Position numbers and translations under genes: made by a program
NCBI GenBank assembly: GCA_965366365.1
Contig: CBDUEV010000005.1
Span: 1,099-65,098, forward strand
Direction: 5' to 3'
Origin: an uncultured Acidimicrobiia bacterium
GTDB lineage: Bacteria; Actinomycetota; Acidimicrobiia; Spongiisociales; JAENVV01
Length of the DNA: 64,000 nucleotides
Notes under the pieces: model-generated
What the model was told of the DNA's origin: nothing
The model's input: only the letters and a program-made list of their open reading frames with translations
The model's database searches: none
In this document: piece by piece, positions 26,652 to 35,981 of the stretch
Layout: each line of letters opens with the position of its first letter
How positions within the stretch are numbered: the stretch's first letter is position 1

Positions 26652-29039
26652 TCAGAGCCGCCGGAGCGACCGCAGGGTCCACCAAGACCGGAAGCGCGCC
26701 CAGCGCCCGTAACGATTCCGGAGAGCCGTCTCAGTCGCCGAGAAGGATCGCATACCCTGGCTGACCTCCCGGTGCGTCAACTCTGCCGTGGCCGCAAACG
26801 TCTGCTTCGTGCGTACCATGGCCAGCGGCGTGAGCGACGGCTCCACCTGTTGCGCCACCTCGAGCGGGGTGCGATCGCCCGAAATGGGCTGCTGCAGGTC
26901 GGTGAGCCGATCGACGATCTCCTGCCACGCCGCGTCGATGTTGCCGCGATGGATGCGATACATCCGAACCCGTCTGCGAATCAGCTTGAAGAGCGGGACC
27001 AGCGCGAAGAGACTCAGCGCAGCCGGAACACGCCAGAACCAGTCAGGCAGAGAGAAGCCCGAGTCATTCGAGACAGGGCTCTGCGAACTTCCCTCCGTCC
27101 CGGCGAACTCGTCGAGGCTCGCCAGATACTCCTGCAGCGGCAACTGATTGGGGCCGAACAGGGGCACACCCGAGAACGCGTCGGGGTCGACCCGGGGGTC
27201 GATCACCGTCTGGAGGGGGGCGAGAGCGAGGGCGTAGTCCCGGGGCTCGAACGCCAAATCCTCGACAGTGGCCGGGTTGATGCCATCGCCCCGTGGGGTG
27301 GGATCGAAGCGAGTCCAACCGTGGTTGTCGATCCACAGTTCCACCCAGGCATGGGCGTTGCGTTGCCGGACCACGATGACTCCATCGGGACCGGCTTCCC
27401 CCGGGGTGAAACCCAGCACGACGCGGGAGGGGATCTCGACCATGCGGGCCATGACCGCCATCCCGGTGGCGAATTGTTCGCAGTACCCCCTCCTGAAGTT
27501 CGGGCTTTCGGGGTCGAAAAGCCAGGCGGCCAAGTCGGTGGCAGCGTGGCCGGCGTCGATATCGACCGTGTAGCGGAACTCACCGGAGTCGCGGTAGAAC
27601 GCTTCCAGTAGCAAAGCCCGTTCGAAATCGGTTGTCCCGTTGGCGGTGATCTCCTCGGCGAGATCCTTGATCCGGACCTCCACCTCCTCGGGCAACGCCA
27701 GATACTCGGCGATGTTCTGCGGGCGCAGGCGAGGCAGCGTCTGAGGTGACGGAGCTCCTAGGAACTGCCCGTCATCGGCGGCGAGGGCAAACATCGGCGA
27801 GAGCTGGCCGCCCACCGAGGCCAGGGCCGCCAGTGAGTCGTTGGGGACTTCCGACCGGATCGAATATTGCAGCCCACGGAACGTCAACGCGTCGAAGTTG
27901 AGGGCACCGTCCTCGCGGATCTCGAAAGTCTGGTCGAGGAGGTCGTTGCTCGTCAGCATGTCGATGGGGGAGTAGGCGGCCGGGAGGTAGTTCTGGCGCA
28001 GTGATTCGATCCGGATGACCTGATCCACGATGCGGGTGTTGCCCTGGTAGGCGTGGTCTCCTCGTTCCCATGGCGACCCCGGTTCGTCACGCTTGGTGGG
28101 AAGAGCTCCGGGATACCAGTTCGTTCCGTCGTACTTCTCGAGGGTGATCAAACGCCAGTAGAGGTCCGAGGCGTCCACGTCGTCGCCCACCCTCGCCACG
28201 AACACCGGCTCCTCGCTGAGTGTCAGCAGGTCGGTCTGTACGGTCGACACGAACAAGTTGTAGGACACGCCTCCGGAGATCCCATTGCCGATCCCGTTGC
28301 GGGTCCTCCAATCGAGAAGACCCTGCTCGGGCACCGATTCGTCGATGGTGAGCCCACCGGCCACCGAGGAGAGCACCAGCACCCCCAGGAAGAGAACCGG
28401 AAGTGCATAAGCCGTCCGGGGAACCAGATTGCCGCGCGTCGAACGGAGGCGACCCATCCCACGACTGCGCTCGTCGAGCACGGCCGCCCCCAGCGCGGCG
28501 GCCAGCAAGACCATGAAGACGAGAGGCCATATCCAACCCGAGCTCGCCCTGTCGATCGTGGCGAGCTGGAGGTAGAAGAGAAGAGGCGGCAGGAGACCGA
28601 GCAGAGGGCGACCGTTGGAGAGCGCCCAGGTCAGCAGCATCCCACAGGACCAATACACCCAGGCGATGACCGCCACCAGGCCGCCCACCGGTACGACCGG
28701 GGCCGATCCGTAGCGGATCAGCTCGACGGCAAAGCCGAGCTCCTCGGCCAGGGCGTTGGCCGTGTCGGCCGTGGGGATGAACCCGAACGTCACCGTCTCG
28801 GGAGCCACGATCAGGCCCGTGGCGACCACGAAACCGATCGCGTTGACCAACAGAATGGCCGGCGTGGAGAGGCGGTAGGTGGTGGCCGCCCAGGTCACCA
28901 CCAACCCGAGGAGAAAGGACGCCAGGAGGACCGCCTGCCACGATGGTCCCACCTCGCTCGATCGAAGGAGCCGGGCCAGCCGGAACAGCGAAACGGTGAC
29001 GGCAGTGGTGCCGACTATCCAGGAGAGGCGGTAGCCCAT
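26652..29039 (-). CDS. Transglutaminase-like (TgpA-type) membrane protein, DUF3488 N-terminal TM region + transglutaminase core
   Basis: It has an N-terminal multi-TM region and a central transglutaminase-like Cys-His region (GYCEQFATGMAVMARMVEIPSRVVLGF...HAWVELW). It is the last gene of the MoxR-DUF58-TgpA operon. Confidence 0.75.
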   Translation of the reverse strand: MGYRLSWIVGTTAVTVSLFRLARLLRSSEVGPSWQAVLLASFLLGLVVTWAATTYRLSTPAILLVNAIGFVVATGLIVAPETVTFGFIPTADTANALAEELGFAVELIRYGSAPVVPVGGLVAVIAWVYWSCGMLLTWALSNGRPLLGLLPPLLFYLQLATIDRASSGWIWPLVFMVLLAAALGAAVLDERSRGMGRLRSTRGNLVPRTAYALPVLFLGVLVLSSVAGGLTIDESVPEQGLLDWRTRNGIGNGISGGVSYNLFVSTVQTDLLTLSEEPVFVARVGDDVDASDLYWRLITLEKYDGTNWYPGALPTKRDEPGSPWERGDHAYQGNTRIVDQVIRIESLRQNYLPAAYSPIDMLTSNDLLDQTFEIREDGALNFDALTFRGLQYSIRSEVPNDSLAALASVGGQLSPMFALAADDGQFLGAPSPQTLPRLRPQNIAEYLALPEEVEVRIKDLAEEITANGTTDFERALLLEAFYRDSGEFRYTVDIDAGHAATDLAAWLFDPESPNFRRGYCEQFATGMAVMARMVEIPSRVVLGFTPGEAGPDGVIVVRQRNAHAWVELWIDNHGWTRFDPTPRGDGINPATVEDLAFEPRDYALALAPLQTVIDPRVDPDAFSGVPLFGPNQLPLQEYLASLDEFAGTEGSSQSPVSNDSGFSLPDWFWRVPAALSLFALVPLFKLIRRRVRMYRIHRGNIDAAWQEIVDRLTDLQQPISGDRTPLEVAQQVEPSLTPLAMVRTKQTFAATAELTHREVSQGMRSFSATETALRNRYGRWARFRSWWTLRSLRRL

Positions 29040-30217
29040 GATCTATTCGTGGCCGCGACCCAGGCGGGCGCCCAGGACTCTTCGGGTGTGATCGTCACGG
29101 TGACGGCGCCGGCATGCTGGAAACCGTCCAAGCCCGTTGCCGAGATTGCCTGTTTCGACCCGTCATCGATCACCGAGAGGAGGATGGTGCTGGGGTAGTC
29201 CGTGGAGAGCATCCGTTGCGCCGAGAGAAGGTCATCGTCGGGAGTCCCGGTCACGATGATCAGGGCGCCGCCCCGCCCGGTTCGCTGGAGTCGGGCGCAC
29301 GCCGCCCGGATGTCGAGCCGGTCGTGCGGTTCCACCACGGCGAGCGCCTCCATGCCGCGCTGATATTGCCTTCCCTCGGAGGCGAGGATCGACGTCAACC
29401 CGGTCGAGAAATCGGCGTCGTAGCCCGACCGGTAGAGGTGGCGGAGAAGCGAGGCCGCCCCCTGGACCGCCTTCTCGAAGGCAGCCGGGGTCTGGTAACG
29501 CCCTGAGCGAGGGTCAAAGAGGACGAGGGCCTGCGACTGCCAGGGAGTTTCGAGCTGACGGATCATGAGCTGATCCCGTTTGGCCGAACTCGGCCAGTGG
29601 ACGTGGCGCAGGTCGTCCCCGTGCCGGTAGTCGCGCAGGGTGAAGAAGTCCTCGCCTCCCATGTGGGAGAACTCGGGTCGGGCCGCCTGGTGGGATGGAT
29701 CACGACCTCGGGTGATGGGGAAGCCCTCGAGATCCTCGACAGATGGATAGACGATGAGCCGATCGGACAGACCGGTATCGCCGCCCTCTGTAGTCAGATG
29801 GAGCGGATCGGAGACAGTGACAGAGGCAGGACCCACCTGGTACACGCCCCGCGGCCTGCAGAGAATCTGATAGGTCGCCCGGGCGGCGTCGCCGCTGCCG
29901 ATGGACGAGGCGGCGAAACGGGCCGAGCCGAGGCCGATCACCTTGTCCTCCACGACCGGGTTGGGAAGTGGCCAGCGACCACGGTTGAAGACGGTGGCCT
30001 CGACAATGGCGTGATCTCCCTCGTGGACGAGTGTCGGTGCCAGCCTGCGCACCACCTCCACCCGAGGCCGGAGAAGCCGGACCATCAGCGCTGACAACCC
30101 GGTGCCGCCGGTCAGAAGGAGGGCGGCGGTGAGGAGTTCCAGTTCACCGAGGCCCAGCCAGAGCAATCCGAGCGCCGCACTGGCGCCGAGCGCCGCCCAG
30201 CCTCGCTGGGTGAGCAT
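29015..30217 (-). CDS. DUF58-family protein (MoxR-associated, vWA-like fold)
   Basis: The internal Met (MLTQRGWAALGASAALGLL...) has an ATGA overlap with the moxR stop at 30217. The DUF58 signature (FTLRDYRHGDDLRHVHW) is present. The upstream 230 aa of ORF 29015..30919 are Arg/Pro-rich read-through. Confidence 0.75.
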   Translation of the reverse strand: MLTQRGWAALGASAALGLLWLGLGELELLTAALLLTGGTGLSALMVRLLRPRVEVVRRLAPTLVHEGDHAIVEATVFNRGRWPLPNPVVEDKVIGLGSARFAASSIGSGDAARATYQILCRPRGVYQVGPASVTVSDPLHLTTEGGDTGLSDRLIVYPSVEDLEGFPITRGRDPSHQAARPEFSHMGGEDFFTLRDYRHGDDLRHVHWPSSAKRDQLMIRQLETPWQSQALVLFDPRSGRYQTPAAFEKAVQGAASLLRHLYRSGYDADFSTGLTSILASEGRQYQRGMEALAVVEPHDRLDIRAACARLQRTGRGGALIIVTGTPDDDLLSAQRMLSTDYPSTILLSVIDDGSKQAISATGLDGFQHAGAVTVTITPEESWAPAWVAATNRSWATASPG

Positions 30218-31197
30218 CAGCCGGGATCTCGAACGGTGGGAACCTTGAGTCCGGACAACACCGAATCGATGACGTCCGGCACTTTGGTGCCCCGCATGTG
30301 CGCTTCGGGGCGAAGAGCCAGGCGATGGCCGAGGACGGTGGGGGCTAGCTCTTTGACGTCGTCGGGGGCGACGAACGAGCGGCCGTCCATGGCGGCGCGA
30401 GCCCTGGCGACCCTCTGCAGGAAGAGCGTCGACCGTGGGGAAGCGCCCAGCAGGAGTTCGTTGTGGTGGCGGGTGGCCTCGACCAGGTCGACGATGAACG
30501 CCTTGATCGTGTCGGCGACGTGCACCTTTCGGGCGACATGGATCATCCGGAGCACGTCCTCGGCGCTCACCACGGCGTCGAGGGTGTCGAAGGTGGATTG
30601 GACGCCGTGCGTGTCGAGAATCTCGAGTGACTTGGCTCGGTCGGGGTAGCCGACGACCAGACGCATCATGAACCGATCCAGTTGCGCCTCGGGGAGGGGA
30701 TAGGTCCCTTCGTGCTCGAGCGGGTTCTGAGTGGCGACCACCATGAATGGCGGGTGGAGCACGCGGGTGGTGCCCTCGGTGGTCACCTGGCGTTCTTCCA
30801 TCGCTTCCAGGAGGGCGGCTTGTGTCTTGGGGCTGGCTCGGTTGATCTCGTCGCCGACCACGATATTGGCAAAAATGGCTCCCGGCTTGAACTCGAACTC
30901 CGACGACTGCCGATTCCAAACCGACACGCCCGTGATGTCTGAGGGGAGGAGATCGGGTGTGAATTGGATCCGCTGGAAAGAGCAGTCGATCGACCTGGCC
31001 AGGCTCTTGGCGAGCTGCGTCTTGCCGACCCCGGGGACGTCCTCGATGAGGAGGTGGCCCTCGGCGATGAGGCAGGAGACCATCAGTTCGATGACCTCAC
31101 GCTTGCCCTGAATGACCTGCTCGATGTTCCGCACGATGCGATCGAAGGTGGTGGTATACCAGCCGATATCCTGCGCTTCGAGGGCGGGAGCTGTCAC
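30217..31197 (-). CDS. MoxR-family AAA+ ATPase
   Basis: It has Walker A (GVGKTQLAK) and Walker B (VVGDEINRASPKTQAALLEAMEE) motifs. The GTG start at 31197 was chosen to give a ~326-aa product of typical MoxR length. Confidence 0.8.
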   Translation of the reverse strand: MTAPALEAQDIGWYTTTFDRIVRNIEQVIQGKREVIELMVSCLIAEGHLLIEDVPGVGKTQLAKSLARSIDCSFQRIQFTPDLLPSDITGVSVWNRQSSEFEFKPGAIFANIVVGDEINRASPKTQAALLEAMEERQVTTEGTTRVLHPPFMVVATQNPLEHEGTYPLPEAQLDRFMMRLVVGYPDRAKSLEILDTHGVQSTFDTLDAVVSAEDVLRMIHVARKVHVADTIKAFIVDLVEATRHHNELLLGASPRSTLFLQRVARARAAMDGRSFVAPDDVKELAPTVLGHRLALRPEAHMRGTKVPDVIDSVLSGLKVPTVRDPG

Positions 31198-31333
31198 CAA
31201 TGGTCCTCCAGGTCGGTTGGTTGCGGGCCACCAGCCTATCAAAGGCTCAGGTCTGTGCACTCTGGAATGCCGCCGCCGCAGGCATCGATTCTCACGTTCT
31301 GTGGCCGGAGACGGGCGCCGTATACTGCGGCGC

Positions 31334-31576
31334 ATGTCCACTGGTCCGGCGCTTTCGACCCAGGTCGTCTTGGCCGTCATACGCCATCCTTCCGTGTGGG
31401 GTGAAGCACTCCGCGTGGGGTGGGCCGTCTCACCGAAGCTGATGCCCGTTCCCCACGGTCCGTATCTCCGCTGGCGTGCGATGACCGCGTACGGGAACGC
31501 CGATCAATCGTTCCGCTCCGACGACCTCATCGAATACCTGCGGTGGAGAAGACGCATGCGCAAAGGATCGCCGTGA
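31334..31576 (+). CDS. Hypothetical small protein (81 aa), divergent from moxR
   Basis: It is an internal ATG of ORF 31112..31576 (MSTGPALSTQVVLAVIRHPSVWGEALRVGWAV...). Its stop overlaps a GTG that could start the next ORF. No recognisable family. Confidence 0.3.
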   Translation: MSTGPALSTQVVLAVIRHPSVWGEALRVGWAVSPKLMPVPHGPYLRWRAMTAYGNADQSFRSDDLIEYLRWRRRMRKGSP

Positions 31577-32346
31577 CGTCGCTTCAGGAGGAGCTCGGGC
31601 GGATCGCCGGGGTCGCCGAGGCGGCCATCGAAGCATCAGGAGACGGCCCGGTCGGCATCCGAATCACAGTTGATCGTGGGTTCGATCAGTCCGAGGTGGC
31701 GAAAGCGGTCCGAGAACTCCTGGCGATGCGGGGGCTGACCTCGGCCCTCGCCGACCCCGTCTTTGCGTCGCCGCCATCGGACGACGCCTCACGAGGGGTG
31801 GCGGACGGGGCGAAGGCAGTGCTGGGGCCGCCCCGACAAAGCCGCAACGGAGGGCTCCTCGACCCGGTGCGGCGAAACCCGCCGGGCTCCGAGAGCGGGC
31901 CGGGGGAGGACGCCGGTGCCGCGGGGCTATCCAACCCGGACCCGTCCAAGTCGGTGGGGCCGGCGGCCGACGAGGCGCTGAGGAGCTCGGGCGTGGTCCA
32001 GGCCGCCGTCAGTGAGAGTGCCAAGGGTGTCGAGGTTGCGGTGAAGCTGGCGAACGGCAGCAGGGGGATTGGCAGAGGCGGCGCCTCCGCCGAGGGGATG
32101 TACCGTGCGACCGCGGATGCCGTCTACGAGGCGACCGGCCGGCAAGGGGCGATTCCCACCTTCCAGGCGGTCGAGCGCCTGTCGGTCGAGGGCCATTCGG
32201 TGGAGGGTCTGCAACGCCCCGGGGGGTCGGCGATCACCGCGTTCCTCGAAAGGGACGGGACGGTCGTCGTCGGGTCCGCCATGGTGGGCGGCACCGAGGT
32301 GCTGGCGATCGCCCGGGCCGTGTGGGTGGCGTTGAGGTCCGGCTGA
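31573..32346 (+). CDS. Hypothetical protein, two small alpha/beta domains separated by a Pro/Gly/Ser-rich linker
   Basis: The GTG at 31573 is in frame with ORF 31420..32346. An N-terminal domain (VGIRITVDRGFDQSEVAKAVRELL) and a C-terminal domain (GVEVAVKLANGSRGIGRGGASAEGMYRATADAVYEATG) are separated by a low-complexity linker. Family unassigned. Confidence 0.4.
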   Translation: MTSLQEELGRIAGVAEAAIEASGDGPVGIRITVDRGFDQSEVAKAVRELLAMRGLTSALADPVFASPPSDDASRGVADGAKAVLGPPRQSRNGGLLDPVRRNPPGSESGPGEDAGAAGLSNPDPSKSVGPAADEALRSSGVVQAAVSESAKGVEVAVKLANGSRGIGRGGASAEGMYRATADAVYEATGRQGAIPTFQAVERLSVEGHSVEGLQRPGGSAITAFLERDGTVVVGSAMVGGTEVLAIARAVWVALRSG

Positions 32347-32377
32347 CCGCAGGCAGAGCGCCTCAGGCCCTCGCGCT

Positions 32378-32923
32378 TCAGGCCGTCGCGCGGCGCAACG
32401 CCCGCCGGGCGACCAGGTCTGGCACCTCGGCGTGCGCCACCATCTCGACGATGACGTCGACCGGCGAGCCTTCGGCCGCGACCGAGTTCCAGCCGGTGGT
32501 GGCCACGGACTGCTGCGAGAAGTTCCGCCGGTAGCGCTCGGCTTTCTCCAGAGTGTCTCTGATGAAGAGCCGAGCCATGTCCGTGGTGGCATCGGAGAGT
32601 GCTTCGAGGTCGGCCTCGGCCGTCGATGCAAGGGCCACGCCGGTGCACCGCAACTCCCACAGCATGACCTCTTGCGTCACCTTGTCGGCTGAGAGGGTAG
32701 ACAAGCCCGGCATAACCACGAGCTCGGCCCGGCGGCTCGCAATGACGCCGAGAAGTGACGCGAAACCGTGGCGGGCCCGAGCATCAGGTCGAACGTCCTG
32801 GCAGAGACCAACCAGCTGAAAACCATGGTGGGCGACCCAACGGCGCACGGTCTCCGACTGGACGTAGGCGTTCTCGCCGGTGTCCGGTCCCGGCGATTCT
32901 CGGACATAGCCGACGACTCTCAT
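32378..32923 (-). CDS. Recombinase-family protein (serine-recombinase/resolvase catalytic-domain-like, no recognisable HTH)
   Basis: The internal Met gives MRVVGYVRESPGPDTGENAYVQSETVRRWVAHHGFQLVGLCQDV...LVVMPGLSTLSAD, which resembles the resolvase N-terminal catalytic domain (YVRES in place of YxRVS). It is ~181 aa and lacks the C-terminal DNA-binding domain. Confidence 0.45.
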   Translation of the reverse strand: MRVVGYVRESPGPDTGENAYVQSETVRRWVAHHGFQLVGLCQDVRPDARARHGFASLLGVIASRRAELVVMPGLSTLSADKVTQEVMLWELRCTGVALASTAEADLEALSDATTDMARLFIRDTLEKAERYRRNFSQQSVATTGWNSVAAEGSPVDVIVEMVAHAEVPDLVARRALRRATA

Positions 32924-32954
32924 GGCACCTCGTTCTCGGCGGTGGGAGCGGGCC

Positions 32955-32979
32955 TCACAATGGGCTGGACGCATTGTGA
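32955..32979. promoter_or_regulatory. Perfect 8-bp palindrome TCACAATG-N9-CATTGTGA in divergent intergenic region
   Basis: Seen directly in the sequence. It lies between the resolvase-like gene (minus, start 32923) and the HNH endonuclease (plus, start 33078). Confidence 0.4.
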
Positions 32980-33077
32980 CAGGCGACATGGGGCAGTCAA
33001 GGACCCGGCCGGTGGGCTGATGCCCAAACGCGACCCGGTGGTATCGTTGCCGGACCCGCAGTCTGACCGGGGGTTTC

Positions 33078-33581
33078 GTGGGACGAGCGTTGATTCTGAA
33101 CGCCACATACGAACCACTATCGGTGGTTGCGGCCCGGCGCGCCACGGTATTGGTGCTGAACGACAAAGCGACCATGTTGGAGGCGTCCACGCAGGTGTGG
33201 CACTCGGAGCGGCTTCAAATCCCCGTCCCTTCCGTCATCCGATTGAGTCGATTCGTCCGGGTTCCCTACGGCCGGTCGGTGCCGCTCACCCGCAACGCGG
33301 TGTTTGCGCGGGATGGTCACCGCTGCCAATACTGCGCGGGGCCGGCCGAGAGCATCGACCACGTCATACCCCGCTCGCGCGGTGGGGCACACACGTGGGA
33401 GAACGTGGTGGCGGCGTGTCGCCGCTGCAATCTCCGCAAAGGTTCTCGCCTCCTCGAAGACACCGGCTTTTCTCTCCGGCGCCGCCCGACAGAACCGCCG
33501 AGGTTCGGGTGGGTATATGCCAGAGCGGGCCCCAATGTGGACCCGCTCTGGCATTCGTACCTGCTCGCGGAATCGGCTTGA
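33078..33581 (+). CDS. HNH endonuclease
   Basis: The HNH motif is present (HRCQYCAGPAESIDHVIPRSRGGAHTWENVVAACRRCNLRKG). GTG start. Confidence 0.75.
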   Translation: MGRALILNATYEPLSVVAARRATVLVLNDKATMLEASTQVWHSERLQIPVPSVIRLSRFVRVPYGRSVPLTRNAVFARDGHRCQYCAGPAESIDHVIPRSRGGAHTWENVVAACRRCNLRKGSRLLEDTGFSLRRRPTEPPRFGWVYARAGPNVDPLWHSYLLAESA

Positions 33582-33731
33582 GCACGACCCGACAACGGTA
33601 GGAATCGTGCCGCACTCCGCCGAGCGAGGCAGACACCTGCCCGGGATGGTGTGTGACATCGAGGGAATCCCGACGTCACACACCACCGTCCGTTGGTGCC
33701 AGCTCTTGGCTGCGGTAATGGGCCGGGGTGG

Positions 33732-35114
33732 CTACTCGCCTCCACTCAGGCCGGTGGTGGTTTCAGTTGTCTCCTCTTCGGCTGGGTAGAGCAGCTTGAC
33801 TTCGCCGTCACCGTCGAAGGTGTCGAGCATCACGCTCGGCGTCGTGAAATCGCATCCGTCCCCGCCTCGGTTCTCCTCGGCCTCCCATGGGAGATCGATC
33901 CACACCGAGTCGCCGGCGGGGGTGACCATGAGGAGAGAAGATGGCGGCTCCTCGACGTCGACCAAGCGGGAGTCGCGCGCTGCCCCGAACAGCAGGGCGC
34001 GGTGGGCGACAATGCCGGGAGCGACGATGTGCTGGCCGTCTCCCACCTCGTCGAGTCGACGCAGGTGGTAGTCGAACCCGTATTCGGCGTACTCTCGTTC
34101 AGAGACGGTGAGGAAGCCCTTGCCCGAGAAGTCCGTGATCGGCTCTTCCTCCAGGTAGACGGCACTCCCGCCGTACCGGGCCGAGGTCCCGTCCGTCCAG
34201 ATGGCGTACATGGGGATCTCCGGGTAGTCGACACCGGGGAACACCGCGTCACGGGTATGAACATTGCTCACGTCGACGTAAACGGTGCCGACGGCTGCTG
34301 AATAGACCAGCGACGCATGTCCACAGGTGAACGTCTCGGCCGTCTGAACCCGGATGTTCAGCTGCGGCTCCGACTCGTAGGTCGGCTCGGCCCGCTCCTC
34401 GCCTTGGGCCGGCTCCGGTGGGTCGATGCGGGTGGTGAACTCACTCCAGGGGATGTCCTCGCCGGCGGCACCGACGGTCACCCCGGCCGGCGCGTCGAAA
34501 CCCGCCAGTGTCTGCGGAGCACTCCGCAGGTCCCACTGGGCAACGACGTTGCCATTCCAGGTGGCTCGCAACGTCAGGCTGCCATCCTGTGTCTCGGGGA
34601 TCTGCCATCCGACCGTCCAATGGGCGGGAAGCCCCGATGGGATGTTCTGCAGGTTGGAACCAGGCACGGCGAACCGGTACGGATTCCTCACGTCGAGGGG
34701 ATACTCTTCTCCGGCAGAGTCGACGACAGAAAGCGACGGATAACCGTCTTCGCCGCTCAATGCGATCGGCGAGAAACGAAGCGCCTGCTCGCCGAGATTC
34801 TGGAAAGCGACGCCGACTCGGATCTCCGAGTAGTTCTGGCGTTCCAGTGACTGCGACGAGTAGAAGCTCTGTACTTCCAGAGCGAAACTGTCGTTGGTGT
34901 GCCGCTGCCCGAGTACGAGTTCTTCCACCGGGGGAGGGGAAGGCTCGTCGCTCTGGGCGAGAGCGAGTTCGGATGAGGATTCAGAAGAATCTCCAGTTTG
35001 GATGGCGGCCTGCACCGGGCTTCCGGGGCGGGCCGCAGCGACGATGGGTATCGCCGCAAGGGCCATGAAAATGGCCACAGCGAGCAGTACGAATTTCCGC
35101 ACCATTACACGCAT
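33732..35114 (-). CDS. Secreted hypothetical protein (signal peptide, 460 aa)
   Basis: It has an N-terminal signal peptide (MRVMVRKFVLLAVAIFMALAAIPIVAAA) and an acidic Ser/Glu-rich region. A GGAG RBS precedes the start. No confident family. Confidence 0.55.
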   Translation of the reverse strand: MRVMVRKFVLLAVAIFMALAAIPIVAAARPGSPVQAAIQTGDSSESSSELALAQSDEPSPPPVEELVLGQRHTNDSFALEVQSFYSSQSLERQNYSEIRVGVAFQNLGEQALRFSPIALSGEDGYPSLSVVDSAGEEYPLDVRNPYRFAVPGSNLQNIPSGLPAHWTVGWQIPETQDGSLTLRATWNGNVVAQWDLRSAPQTLAGFDAPAGVTVGAAGEDIPWSEFTTRIDPPEPAQGEERAEPTYESEPQLNIRVQTAETFTCGHASLVYSAAVGTVYVDVSNVHTRDAVFPGVDYPEIPMYAIWTDGTSARYGGSAVYLEEEPITDFSGKGFLTVSEREYAEYGFDYHLRRLDEVGDGQHIVAPGIVAHRALLFGAARDSRLVDVEEPPSSLLMVTPAGDSVWIDLPWEAEENRGGDGCDFTTPSVMLDTFDGDGEVKLLYPAEEETTETTTGLSGGE

Positions 35115-35327
35115 CTCCTACCTTGCTTGCATTGGTTGCTATGAGTGGAGAGAATCGGCCTGCCGGAATGCCTCATTGAGCGATTTCTTCGGGGTTGTTA
35201 GAATACATTTGACGTAATTACACGTCTGTTATTTATACGAACTTCCGGCATTCCGGGCGATTCATATACGTGAACTATACGGCGCGCGTGAGTGCGGCGA
35301 GGGTGAAAAACCAGGTGGGTGTGAGTG

Positions 35328-35837
35328 TCAGCGGATGAGGAGCACCGAGCAGGGCGCTCGACGAGAGAGTTTGGTGCTGGTGCCTCCGAGCAGACCGTCG
35401 AACCGACCGCTGCCGTGTGTTCCCACCACGAGAAGATCGACGTCCTTGCACGCTTGAAGAATGAGCTCGACGGGCTCTTCACCCTCGACTGCCTTCACGG
35501 TGACCTCGACGCCGACCTCGGCGAGCGCCTCCCGCAATGGACGGAGTCGCCGTTCCGACTGGTCGGACACGTACCGGGCGATCATCTCATCGTCACCCGG
35601 CCACCCGCGCCCGATCGTGGCATCCGAGGAGGGGAGACTGACGTATTCGGCGTCGGTGGAGATCTTGGGTTCGTGACGCTCTCCGTAGACCTCGCGCAGG
35701 CTGCTGAGCAGGGTGCGCGGCACTTCGACCACCGTCATCACGGTCACCTCTCCGTCGCCAAAGCCGGAGGCGGCGCGTGTCACCTTTTCGATGTCGATGT
35801 CGCCGTCCGTTGCGATGAGCGTCTTCATGGTCACCAT
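35328..35837 (-). CDS. Universal stress protein (UspA family)
   Basis: It has a Usp ATP-binding motif (LLVVGTHGSGRFDGLLGGTSTKLSRRAPCSVLLIR). Confidence 0.75.
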   Translation of the reverse strand: MVTMKTLIATDGDIDIEKVTRAASGFGDGEVTVMTVVEVPRTLLSSLREVYGERHEPKISTDAEYVSLPSSDATIGRGWPGDDEMIARYVSDQSERRLRPLREALAEVGVEVTVKAVEGEEPVELILQACKDVDLLVVGTHGSGRFDGLLGGTSTKLSRRAPCSVLLIR

Positions 35838-35981
35838 CTTTCGCGTCGTAGGGAAAGAGGAACGGGGGGTCTCACCCTGTTCGATCCTCGAGGTTGTTCG
35901 CCCACGGTACCGGCCAACTCCCGTGCGCGTCGGCAGGGACGGCCCTTTCTTGTCGGGTCCAACGTCCTAAGGTAGCGCTGT

